In this document: positions 8,502-18,181 of the stretch, one piece after another | Position numbering within the stretch: position 1 is the first letter of the stretch | How the letters are laid out: every line of letters starts with the position of its first letter | Notes under the pieces: model-generated | What the model was told of the DNA's origin: nothing | What the model saw: only the letters and a program-made list of their open reading frames with translations | Database searches by the model: none | Origin: Rhodospirillales bacterium | GTDB lineage: Bacteria > Pseudomonadota > Alphaproteobacteria > Bin95 | NCBI GenBank assembly: GCA_038143065.1 | Contig: JAYQLI010000035.1 | Location: forward strand, 1,888,894 to 1,952,893 | DNA length: 64,000 nucleotides | Direction of reading: 5' to 3' | Made by a program: the position numbers and the translations under genes

Positions 8502-10060
8502 TTATGGCCTCAAACCAAATCCCGTTACCCCTGGTTTCAGAGCCTTTTGAGCCAAATTTGAAAAGTCAGTAAGTAAAGGACGCGTGTCCCGTGGGTCTAT
8601 GATTTCCTCGACCCAAAACGCTTCAGCTGTTCGGAACGGTGATCGAAGCGCTTCTAGGCGCTCTTCGATTGCTGCAAGTTCAACATCGGGATCTTCTGCT
8701 GCGTCAAGTTCAGCACGATAAGCGGCTTCAATGCCACCCTCTAATGGCAAGGAACCCCACCACCCACTCGGCCATGCATAGCGTGTGCAATATCTGCCAA
8801 CGTTTACATGGGCACCACCAGCGACACCAAAAGCTGCTCGAACAACAATGGCACACCACGGAACAGTGGACTGATTTATGGCAGCCATGGCACGAACACC
8901 ATGTCGAATGGTAGCGGCCTTTTCTGCCTCTAGGCCAATATGGAACCCTGGACAATCAGCAAGGTAAACGACGGGAAGATGAAACGTCTCGGCCATATCA
9001 ACAAAACGTATTAACTTGAGGCAACTCTCAGCAGTCCAGGCGCCCCCAAGAATCATTGGATCACTGGCCAATAAAGCAACAGGCCAGCCATCTAAACGAG
9101 CGAGGCCGGTGATGATGGAGCGACCAAAGTTACTCCCCATTTCAAAAAATGAGTTTTTATCAACCACAGACTGAATGATTGGCCTCATTTTATATGCCCG
9201 ACGGCGGTTCTTTGGGATCACAGAAATCAAAGTCTCATCACGACGTTGAGGGTCGTCTTCAACCGGCCCACGTGATGCTAATTCATCCACCGAACTTGGC
9301 AGGTATGAGAGAAAACGGCGCGCACGCTCAAAGGCCTCCTCTTCAGTATCAACAGCATCGTCGACCCCACCAGCGCGTGTCTGAATTTTCCATCCCCCGA
9401 GTTCTTGTTTTGTTAAATCCTGGCCTATGCCCTTTACGACGGGTGGACCAGCGACAAACATCGCGGAGGTTTCTTTAGTCATGACAGAATAGTGACTGGC
9501 AGCGAGTCGCGCAGCGCCCAACCCCGCAACTGAACCCAATCCCAAGCTAACTACTGGGACGTTGGATAGATTTCTAGCCATTAAATCAAAACGACTGGAT
9601 GTTCCCTGTCCTCCTGGCAGATTGGCTCGACCAGTAGTTTCAATGGTGCGAACGGATCCACCGCCTCCTGAGCCCTCGATAATTCTTACAATTGGGATAC
9701 GCTGCTCAAAGGCCATCATTTCAGCCAACTGCGGCTTTTCCTTGATGGTCGCATCAGCAGATCCACCACGAACGGTAAAATCATCACCGCAAACGACAAT
9801 TGGGCGCCCATCCGCTGTCGCACGACCCATCACACAATTTGCGGGAAGAAAATCCTTCAAATTGTGCTGGCTATCGTACTCTGCCTTACCAGCAATCGCG
9901 CCAATTTCGTGAAATGAACCTTTATCTGCGAGGCCATCTATCCTCTCTCTAACAGTCAGACGCCCTCCATCATGTTGTCTTTTGACTTTATCAACGCCCC
10001 CATAGCCCGCGCCATGGCTTCACGTTTTCGCAACTCTTTTAGTTCTGACTCCCAGGACAT
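8502..10060 (-). CDS. Acyl-CoA carboxylase/decarboxylase carboxyltransferase subunit, split by a -1 indel at C5 9997-10001
   Basis: ATG 10060 gives MSWESELKELRKREAMARAMG, which joins GVDKVKRQHDGGRLTVRERID if G5 is read as G6. DDFTVRGGS, MFVAGPPVV, DCPGF, EEIIDPRDTR motifs. Confidence 0.9.
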
Positions 10061-10131
10061 GACCGTCTTCCTCTTACAGCTAAGCCGAAATTTTAATTTG
10101 AAACGTTAAATTTGCATGAAGATGCAAGGTA

Positions 10132-10857
10132 TTACTCATGTCGAAAACTTCGCCAATTAGCGATTGGTTCATAAACATTCCAATCCGTATTTTTTGCCAA
10201 AGGCAAACCATAGCTGTGCCATTGCGCCAGTTCTGCCTTAGCCTCTGGCCGCATCGTTTCCGGATCCCCCAATGTCTGAAGGCAATGAGGGCCCTCCCAC
10301 TCATAAAGAGCTAAATATTTTGGCCCCATTTTCTTCTGACCTAAGCGAGGGTCATTCTTAATTCGAAAGCGTGCGCCAGAGAGATAACCAGGAATCTTAA
10401 CTAAATTTGGTACATGGGAATGATCATACCAAGCATTCCATTCGGCCTCTTTAGACGGATCGGCGACGTCCGCCATAACAACACTTAAATGGTAATCATC
10501 TTTCAAAAACGGATTGCAGAGATGACTGCCACTTATTTGTTCGTAGACATTTGAAAGAACTTCCGTCTTCCCGGGTATATTGTCAAAAAGCGTTCGCTCC
10601 GCGATAGCTCGAGGGTCCTTATCAGCGTTGTCCGGAGCCATTACCCGGGCAATAGCGTCCATATTTTCAATGGCATACAAAGCCAACCATTTGGTCTCGC
10701 CTTTTACGCCCTTATATCTTCGCCCCCAGTGCCATCCTGGAATTTCAAGTAATTTAGGCACATGGTGGTAGTACCAACTTTGGAATGCATCCTCATGATC
10801 TGGCTCTATATTCATCCGCACTAGAAGAAGTAAGGGACTCTGAGACGCATCTAGCAT
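10132..10857 (-). CDS. Two-domain EthD/DUF4286-like dimeric alpha+beta barrel protein
   Basis: Internal repeat: EDAFQSWYYHHVPKLLEIPGW..GRRY...WLALY and EAEWNAWYDHSHVPNLVKIPGY..GARF...YLALYE. Confidence 0.75.
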   Translation of the reverse strand: MLDASQSPLLLLVRMNIEPDHEDAFQSWYYHHVPKLLEIPGWHWGRRYKGVKGETKWLALYAIENMDAIARVMAPDNADKDPRAIAERTLFDNIPGKTEVLSNVYEQISGSHLCNPFLKDDYHLSVVMADVADPSKEAEWNAWYDHSHVPNLVKIPGYLSGARFRIKNDPRLGQKKMGPKYLALYEWEGPHCLQTLGDPETMRPEAKAELAQWHSYGLPLAKNTDWNVYEPIANWRSFRHE

Positions 10858-10996
10858 TTGATCTCCTCAACCACTTTCATTCGAGCTACAGCCGTTCTTA
10901 ATGGGAGCCCGATTGCCTTAATTTACTTATCATTTTTTCTTGAAAAGGAGTTTGGGGCAGCACTAAGACGATAGTAAAGCGTCGACTTGAACTTCA

Positions 10997-11782
10997 TCAA
11001 AGCCTTAATAACCGGCCATAACCTAAAATTTTATCATTGACCCCTGAAAGACGCAGGCAATTCCACAAGCTTGCTTGATTGGCTGTAACTACCGGAAGGC
11101 CAAGTTTCTCTTCAAGATCTTCAATAATGGAGACAGACCTGAAACCTGTACCACAAACCAAAATTGCGTCTGCATGGCCAAGGTCTGCTTTCACTATTTG
11201 TTGGTAAAGCGCCCCAACATCTTGGGCAAAACCAAGACCCCGGGGATACATTTCGGCCGTTGGGACATCATTCCATTCAGGTCCCGGGTCATGGCGGAGC
11301 CAGCCAGAAGGCTCAACACCCATACCGTTTAGATACGACTGCAAAGCGCCCACAGCTGAATCACCAAACCAGGGTGGGACAACTATAAAAGGATGCGTCA
11401 CAGCCAAATATCGCAGCGCAGACATGATATCACGACCGTTGGTACTAACGATGACATCATTTGCAACAAACGATTGAAGCTCGGAAATAATTGCAGAGTC
11501 CCAACCCGTGCCCCCGACGACGCTGCTAGACGTGTGCGCCGTGGTTATTGCCGACAGGCGCATACCAGCAAAATGTTCCGCTCCCCTAGCTAAATCTTGT
11601 GATAAGGCAACACCCTCTCCTCCAGGCTTCCAATTAGCCCATGGGGTAGGTGCGGATACCCGTGCGGCGTGAACAGAAACCCCTTTTGGCATCATTGCAT
11701 TCCATTCCGCCTCGGGGACAGCTTCCGAACTGACAATAAAAATGCCTATGCGGGCCTTACGACCCCAATTGTCATTTTGCAT
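10997..11782 (-). CDS. Maleate cis-trans isomerase / arylmalonate decarboxylase-like (Asp/Glu racemase fold) protein
   Basis: WG.KARIG, PEAEW..M.P.GVSVH.ARV and IEDLEEKLGLPVVTANQASLW..LRL are family signatures. Start ATG 11782. Confidence 0.85.
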   Translation of the reverse strand: MQNDNWGRKARIGIFIVSSEAVPEAEWNAMMPKGVSVHAARVSAPTPWANWKPGGEGVALSQDLARGAEHFAGMRLSAITTAHTSSSVVGGTGWDSAIISELQSFVANDVIVSTNGRDIMSALRYLAVTHPFIVVPPWFGDSAVGALQSYLNGMGVEPSGWLRHDPGPEWNDVPTAEMYPRGLGFAQDVGALYQQIVKADLGHADAILVCGTGFRSVSIIEDLEEKLGLPVVTANQASLWNCLRLSGVNDKILGYGRLLRL

Positions 11783-11820
11783 CTGAAGACTCAATTCCCA
11801 CAGGAAAATCTCGAAAACAA

Positions 11821-11835
11821 TTAAGACACGATTAA
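11821..11835. promoter_or_regulatory. TTAA-N7-TTAA dyad (CtrA-box-like) in a divergent intergenic region
   Basis: TTAA GACACGA TTAA between the racemase-fold gene and the LLM gene. Confidence 0.25.
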
Positions 11836-12009
11836 TGTCAAAAGAAAGCTCTATGCTTCAGCATGATTACTTTTCGCGGCCTATTGTCAGGAAAGAATTT
11901 TGGCATTTAAGCCTATCTGGCCACGATAGTAGCTGGTTAATGGAAATAATATTTGATCTTCTCGAAGCTAGGAATGATCATACTTGGAATGCTGTAGGAA
12001 GGAAAAAAT

Positions 12010-12951
12010 ATGCGATTTGGTTTCTATCTGCCCACGCGCGGCCCTCAGGCCAACCGAACAGACCTGAAGGCTTTCCTATCTACAGCGGAACAGGCTGGGT
12101 TTAGCTCTGTGATGGTCGCGGACCATATCGTTGTACCGGCTAATATTGAGAGCCCCTATCCCTACACAGTCGGCGGTAATTTTGTCTCCCAAGGCGAGTG
12201 TATGGAGCAATTAACGCTGATGGCTTTCGTTGCCGCAGCTACAGAGAAGCTTCGAATTGTCTCTAGCGTTATGATCGCACCTCACCGAAATCCAATCCTA
12301 ACGGCAAAATCGATAGCAACGACTGATGTTCTGTCTGAAGGCCGAGTCACTGTTGGTATCGGAGTAGGATGGATGGCCGAAGAATTCGAAGCGCTCTCGG
12401 CACCTGACTTTAAGGCCCGAGGGCGCTCTACGGATGAGTTCGTTGATATATGGAAGAAGCTATGGACGGGAGAAGCGGTAAGTTACAACGGCGAATTTTA
12501 TTCGTTTAAAGAAATTTTGTGCCAACCACTCCCAATCCAAAACCCACACCCACCTATTTGGATAGGGGGTCACTCCGGTCCAGCTCTGCGACGTGTTGCT
12601 AAGCTTGGTGATGGATGGCATCCCGTGGGTGCAACGGCAGCATCGCCTTTGCCCCCTTCCGAAATGCAGCAAAAACTTAGACGCCTCCGTGAAGAGACAG
12701 AGGCTAATGGTCGGGACTTCGATAAGCTGACAATATGTTACAAGGCTCCTTTTTACGATGATGGAAAACCACCTGCAGGCGAAGCGCGTCGCCTGTTTAC
12801 CGGCGGTGTTGAAGCAGCGCTCGATGACATTGCTGAGATGGAAGATACAGGCGTGCATGAATTAGTTTTTGATTTTCGCGGGGCCGACATCCAAGACAGC
12901 CTAAAAGCCATGTCAAATTTTTCACAAACTATTATGGCAAAGCTCAAATAA
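12010..12951 (+). CDS. LLM-class (luciferase-like) oxidoreductase, probable F420-dependent subfamily (TIGR03619-like)
   Basis: AEQAGF.SV..ADHIV.P....YPY, LSEGRV..GIGVGW..EEF, PPIWIGG.S..ALRR.A..GDGW. Confidence 0.88.
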   Translation: MRFGFYLPTRGPQANRTDLKAFLSTAEQAGFSSVMVADHIVVPANIESPYPYTVGGNFVSQGECMEQLTLMAFVAAATEKLRIVSSVMIAPHRNPILTAKSIATTDVLSEGRVTVGIGVGWMAEEFEALSAPDFKARGRSTDEFVDIWKKLWTGEAVSYNGEFYSFKEILCQPLPIQNPHPPIWIGGHSGPALRRVAKLGDGWHPVGATAASPLPPSEMQQKLRRLREETEANGRDFDKLTICYKAPFYDDGKPPAGEARRLFTGGVEAALDDIAEMEDTGVHELVFDFRGADIQDSLKAMSNFSQTIMAKLK

Positions 12952-13029
12952 AGGATTGGACCGCGACACTTATAAGCCGTGGTATCTAATCATTAGTAGC
13001 CTCGAATTTCAGTTAAGAAAGGAAGCGGC

Positions 13030-13323
13030 ATGGGTGAAAAGATTGATCCGTCAGCCCTGAAAGAAGCACTAGCAAGATTAAATGGATGGAACGTTGTAGA
13101 TGGTCGAGAAGCCATTCAGCGCACGTTTAGATTCAAAGACTTCAATAATGCATTCGGCTTCATGACAAAAAGTGCTTTGATGGCAGAGAAAATGGACCAC
13201 CATCCTGAGTGGTTTAACGTCTACAACCAGGTAGATGTAACCCTGACAACCCACTCTGCTGGTGGCATTACAGATCTTGATATCCGTCTAGCCAGTTTCA
13301 TGAACCAGCTTGCCACGGAGTGA
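13030..13323 (+). CDS. phhB: Pterin-4-alpha-carbinolamine dehydratase
   Basis: F.DFN.AFGFM...[17 protein letters not shown]...LTTH..GG. Confidence 0.95.
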   Translation: MGEKIDPSALKEALARLNGWNVVDGREAIQRTFRFKDFNNAFGFMTKSALMAEKMDHHPEWFNVYNQVDVTLTTHSAGGITDLDIRLASFMNQLATE

Positions 13324-13400
13324 CGAACCTGCACATAGCCTCAATTTAATGATTGCGCTATTTATCTAAAAAATTCGACACGCTTAGTAAGGATTACGCC

Positions 13401-13838
13401 ATGAGCTCGGCGGGCGGTTATTTCATTGAAGACCTGAAAGTTGGTCAGCAAGAGCGCTTTGCGAAGACTGTCACTGACGCTGACATAACGCTTTATTCCG
13501 GAGTTTCTGGCGATACAAATCCAGTCCATTTGGATGAAGAGTATGCGTCTACAACAATTTTCAAAACGCGTATTGCACACGGCATGCTTACCGCGTCGTT
13601 CATTTCCGCCGTTTTAGGAGCGCGTATGCCCGGGCCTGGGGCAATATATTTGGCACAAAACCTGCGTTTCAAAGCACCTGTGCGCCCAGGCGATACCGTT
13701 ACTGCAGTATGCGAAATAAAATCAATCGACCTTGAGAAAAGACGAGTTACGCTGTCTACTCAATGTCTAGTAAAGGGAAAGATTGTGGTCGATGGTGAGG
13801 CAACGGTAATGCCTCCTTCCCGTTCACAAAAGGACTAG
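13401..13838 (+). CDS. MaoC-family (R)-specific enoyl-CoA hydratase (PhaJ-like)
   Basis: SGDTNPVHLD hydratase-2 motif, RIAHGML, PGPGAIY..Q.L.F.APV..GD. Start ATG 13401. Confidence 0.92.
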   Translation: MSSAGGYFIEDLKVGQQERFAKTVTDADITLYSGVSGDTNPVHLDEEYASTTIFKTRIAHGMLTASFISAVLGARMPGPGAIYLAQNLRFKAPVRPGDTVTAVCEIKSIDLEKRRVTLSTQCLVKGKIVVDGEATVMPPSRSQKD

Positions 13839-13851
13839 GCTTCAGATAATC

Positions 13852-14789
13852 ATGATCCAGGTCTTCCATGATCTCACGCAAGTGATTGCTGCCTACCGCG
13901 GAGGTGCCATCGCGATTGGTAATTTTGATGGCGTGCACAAAGGACATACCGCAGTAATCCAAGCTGCAGCTGCAGCTGCCAGAGGACGCGGCGTTAACCT
14001 TGGGGTGCTCACGTTTGAACCACATCCACGATCTGTACTTGCTCGCAATGATTCGCCCTTTCGACTGACTGACTGGCGGGGAAAGGCGCGGGGGCTTGAA
14101 AAATTAGGTGTTGACTTCATGGCCATCTGCAAATTTGACATGGATTTGGCGGCACTTACCGCTGAAGACTTCGTTCAGAACGTGCTTGTAGAGGGACTTG
14201 GTGTTTGCCATGTCGCAGTGGGCGAGGACTTCCAGTTTGGAAAGGACCGAGCCGGCAATACAGGTTTCCTCCTCGAGGCAGGAAAGCGTTATGATTTCGA
14301 TGTTACATCCGTACCGGCAATGGCTGGTTCAGATGGAATAGTCTTCTCATCCTCAGCCGTGCGAGCAGCACTAGGGAAAGGCGATGTGATCCGCGCCAAT
14401 GAACTTCTTGGCAGGCCCTGGGAAATTGAGGGTGTTGTGACTCATGGCGATAAAAGAGGCCGCACCATAGGCTTCCCAACCATGAATATCTATCTAGGGG
14501 ATCTGACCCGCCCCGCACTGGGTGTTTACGTAGTCGAAGCAAAATTTGAAGATGGAGAACGCTGGATAGGGGTGTTGCTAACCTGGGTCTGCGACCAACA
14601 GTTGGTGGTGAAGACGAACGGTTAGAGGTTCATCTATTTGACTTCGACAAAGATGTGTACGACAAGCCAGCGCGCATTAGATTTTTAAATTTCGTTCGTC
14701 CGGAGAAGAAGTTTAAAAGTTTTGAAGCGCTGAAAGAACAAATCGTCCAAGATGCCATTGTGGCTAGGGCGTATCTAGAAACCCATTGA
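13852..14789 (+). CDS. ribF: Bifunctional FAD synthetase / riboflavin kinase, split by a -1 indel at G4 14569-14572
   Basis: IGNFDGVHKGH, GDKRGRTIGFPT. In the shifted frame it continues GVANLGLRPTV...LEVHLFDF...RPEKKF...LKEQI..D to TGA 14789. Confidence 0.95.
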
Positions 14790-14814
14790 GCAAACTCACC
14801 ACGGATATCGTCCG

Positions 14815-17679
14815 ATGAGCGATGACTATCGCAATACAATTTTTTTACCGAAGACAGATTTCCCGATGCGCGGCGGACTGCCGAAGAGGGAACCAGAGAT
14901 CCTAGCTCGCTGGGAGAAAATAGACCTCTACAAGCAACTGCGGCAGGATTCCCAAGGAAGAAAAAAATATATTCTTCACGATGGGCCTCCGTATGCAAAT
15001 GGACACCTGCACATCGGCCATGCACTTAATAAAATTCTTAAAGATGTCATTAACCGTTCTTGGCAGATGTCAGGGTTTGACGCCAACTATGTGCCGGGCT
15101 GGGACTGTCACGGCTTACCAATCGAGTGGAAGGTCGAAGAGGGTTACAGAGAGCAAGGCAAAGATAAAGATGACGTGCCTGTCCTCGAATTTCGACGAGA
15201 ATGCAGAGAATTCGCAGAACATTGGGTCGGCGTGCAAAGTACAGAGTTTAAGCGCCTGGGTGTTATTGGTGATTGGAATGACCCATACCTGACGATGAAA
15301 TTTCCTGCTGAAGCAAGAATTGCAGGAGAGATAGCCCAATTTGCGATGAACGGCGGTCTGTATCGCGGCCAGCGACCAGTAATGTGGTCATGTGTAGAAA
15401 AAACCGCGCTGGCGGACGCTGAAGTAGAATATGAGGACCATGTATCTCCTACCGTGCATATTGGATTCCCGGTCACATCCGTCGGGCCAGAAAGTTGCGT
15501 TGAAAAGGGTGACCTGATTGTAATTTGGACGACAACACCATGGACACTACCTTCTAACCGCGCGATCGCTGCAGCCGCAGACGAGGTATATGTTCGCCTT
15601 CGTGTTGATAGCACTCAAGATGAAAGCTTTATCAAAAGCGGCCAAATTATTGTTTTGGGTAAAGGTCTTCTTGATGTAGCCGCCAAAGCAATGCGGATTG
15701 AGGAGTACACAGCTCTTCAAGAAATGACTGGCTCAGACCTTTTAGGAACTATCTGCAGTCATCCATTAGCCGGCCAGGGTTACGACGTACCATCGCCACT
15801 TCTCAACGCTGATTTTGTGACTATGGATGCTGGTACAGGCTTCGTCCACATTGCGCCTGGCCATGGAGCTGACGACTTTTACCTAGGTCGTGAACACAAT
15901 CTTGAAGTCACAGATTATGTTGGTCCTGACGGTACATACCGTGATTTTGTACCATTATTTGCTGGAAAGCGCGTTCTGAATACCGACGGATCAGAAGGTG
16001 ATGCCAACATTGCTGTTATCAACGCGATGCAGGCAGTTGCAGAAAGCGGTAAGGGAGGACTGTTGGGAAGAGGACGCCTTAAGCATAGCTATCCTCATTC
16101 TTGGCGCTCCAAAGCACCACTTATTTTCAGAAATACTGCACAATGGTTCATTTCTATGGAAACGAACGATTTGCGTAGTAAAGCTCTTTCCGCAATTGAC
16201 GCTACACGTTTCGTGCCAAGTCAAGGGCGCAATCGCCTTTATTCTATGGTGGAGCAAAGACCTGATTGGTGCATATCACGTCAAAGGGCCTGGGGTGTTC
16301 CGATCCCATTATTCGTCCATATCGAAACGGGCGAAATTCTAAAGGATCAAGCCGTCTTTGACCGCATTGTAGATGCATTCAAAACAGAGGGGGGCGATGC
16401 TTGGTTCTCTTCTCCTCCTGAGCGCTTCTTGGGTGGCAAATATAACGTGGATAAGTATGAACAGGTCCAGGATATCGTGGAAGTATGGTTCGAATCAGGA
16501 TCGACGCATGCTTTCTTGCTGGAAGACCGCGAAGATCTCCGTTGGCCTGCCGATCTTTACCTTGAGGGATCAGATCAACATCGCGGATGGTTTCATTCAT
16601 CCCTCCTGGAAAGCTCAGGTACTCGTGGGCGAGCACCATATAATGCAGTGCTCACTCATGGATTTGTGCTAGATGAACAAGGCCGGAAGATGTCCAAATC
16701 TCTGGGCAATGTAACATCGCCAACTGATGTCATGAACCAATATGGCGCGGACATTCTTAGAATTTGGGTGGTGTCATCCAACTATGCAGATGACCTTAGA
16801 ATTGGCCAAGAAATCCTAAAGTATCAGGCGGACCTTTACCGTCGAGTTAGAAATACTCTGCGCTATCTATTAGGGGGCCTTGAAGGTTTCTCTGAAAAAG
16901 AGCGGGTAGATCCTGCGCAAATGCCAGAACTTGAGCGCTGGACCCTTCATCGCCTTTACGAAATGGATAGTCTCGTCCGCAAAGCAATCAATGATTATGA
17001 TTACCATGGACTTTGGACAGCGCTGCATAATTTCTGCTCCCTTGATCTATCGGCGTTCTACTTTGATATCCGGAAAGACACCCTTTATTGCGAGTCTGCA
17101 GACAGTGTGGTGCGACGTTCAAATCGAACAGTAATGAATGCAATATTTCAGCGTCTTACAACTTGGCTCGCCCCTATAACCTGCTTCACTGCTGAGGAAG
17201 CATGGCTTTCTAGGTATGGCGATGGAGAAGGCGTATCAGTTCACCGAGAGACTTTTCCTGAAACCCCGGAAAGTTGGCGGGACGAAAAGCTATCTAAACG
17301 CTGGGAAAAAATTCGCGAAATTCGCAGGGTAGTCACAGGTGCTCTCGAAAAAGAACGAGCAGAAAAGCATATTCGTTCAAGCTTGGAGGCCTCACCAACT
17401 GTTTGGCTCTCAGAGGACCGGCTCGCCGACCTTGATGGTGTAGATTTTGCGGAAGTAACAATCGCATCATCCATAAATCTGAAGATTGGGGATGGCCCAA
17501 TCAATGCTTTCCGTGTTCCTGAAGTAGCTGGAGTGGCAGTTGAGCCAACGCGAACAACAGATGAAAAGTGCGATCGATGCTGGCGACACCTTCCAAATGT
17601 AGGAAGCAACCCAGAGCACCCAGATTTATGTGGACGTTGCGCTGACGCGGTCAATAGCTTTAGCCAAATCGCAAAATGA
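14815..17679 (+). CDS. ileS: Isoleucine--tRNA ligase
   Basis: DGPPYANG.LHIGH, WTTTPWTLP, EGSDQHRGWF, KMSKS, C-terminal CDRCW...LCGRC zinc site. Confidence 0.99.
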   Translation: MSDDYRNTIFLPKTDFPMRGGLPKREPEILARWEKIDLYKQLRQDSQGRKKYILHDGPPYANGHLHIGHALNKILKDVINRSWQMSGFDANYVPGWDCHGLPIEWKVEEGYREQGKDKDDVPVLEFRRECREFAEHWVGVQSTEFKRLGVIGDWNDPYLTMKFPAEARIAGEIAQFAMNGGLYRGQRPVMWSCVEKTALADAEVEYEDHVSPTVHIGFPVTSVGPESCVEKGDLIVIWTTTPWTLPSNRAIAAAADEVYVRLRVDSTQDESFIKSGQIIVLGKGLLDVAAKAMRIEEYTALQEMTGSDLLGTICSHPLAGQGYDVPSPLLNADFVTMDAGTGFVHIAPGHGADDFYLGREHNLEVTDYVGPDGTYRDFVPLFAGKRVLNTDGSEGDANIAVINAMQAVAESGKGGLLGRGRLKHSYPHSWRSKAPLIFRNTAQWFISMETNDLRSKALSAIDATRFVPSQGRNRLYSMVEQRPDWCISRQRAWGVPIPLFVHIETGEILKDQAVFDRIVDAFKTEGGDAWFSSPPERFLGGKYNVDKYEQVQDIVEVWFESGSTHAFLLEDREDLRWPADLYLEGSDQHRGWFHSSLLESSGTRGRAPYNAVLTHGFVLDEQGRKMSKSLGNVTSPTDVMNQYGADILRIWVVSSNYADDLRIGQEILKYQADLYRRVRNTLRYLLGGLEGFSEKERVDPAQMPELERWTLHRLYEMDSLVRKAINDYDYHGLWTALHNFCSLDLSAFYFDIRKDTLYCESADSVVRRSNRTVMNAIFQRLTTWLAPITCFTAEEAWLSRYGDGEGVSVHRETFPETPESWRDEKLSKRWEKIREIRRVVTGALEKERAEKHIRSSLEASPTVWLSEDRLADLDGVDFAEVTIASSINLKIGDGPINAFRVPEVAGVAVEPTRTTDEKCDRCWRHLPNVGSNPEHPDLCGRCADAVNSFSQIAK

Positions 17680-18149
17680 ACATAATCCAGCGCTCTGGCC
17701 TTCTGGTAATTGGGGCAACAATTGTGCTGGATCAAGTAACCAAATACTGGGCGCTGGAGCAGCTTACCCCACCGAATATGATCAATGTTTTTCCATTTAT
17801 GGACTTTATACTCGCTTGGAATGAAGGAATTAGTTTTGGGTTTTTAGGTGGCGGTGTGGTTCCACCTAGTGCGTTTATTTTGATTGCGGTGTTAATTTCG
17901 GCTTTCCTGGTGTGGCAACTCTGGAATTCCACGTCACTGTTAGTCGGTCTAGCCTTTGGCCTTATCATAGGTGGCGCAATTGGAAACGTGATTGATAGAG
18001 CTATCTATGGAGCTGTAATCGATTTTATTTTATTAAGCTGGAAATCGTGGACCTGGCCGGTTTTTAACGTTGCGGATACAGCAATTACTTGTGGTGTTGT
18101 CTTAATCCTCATCGATTCCTTGTGGCCAGATCGACGTTCGACTAAGTAA
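17676..18149 (+). CDS. lspA: Lipoprotein signal peptidase II
   Basis: DQVTK, N.GISFG, GGAIGNVIDR, VIDF, FNVAD; overlaps the ileS stop. Confidence 0.97.
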   Translation: MNIIQRSGLLVIGATIVLDQVTKYWALEQLTPPNMINVFPFMDFILAWNEGISFGFLGGGVVPPSAFILIAVLISAFLVWQLWNSTSLLVGLAFGLIIGGAIGNVIDRAIYGAVIDFILLSWKSWTWPVFNVADTAITCGVVLILIDSLWPDRRSTK

Positions 18150-18181
18150 GTAATATCATATCTCTAAAGGTAGGGCCCGGT

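Noticed and set aside
10112-10127. TTGCAT-N4-ATGCAA dyad upstream of the carboxyltransferase
   Set aside because: It does not match the FNR box (TTGAT-N4-ATCAA), occurs once, and is too short to support a call.
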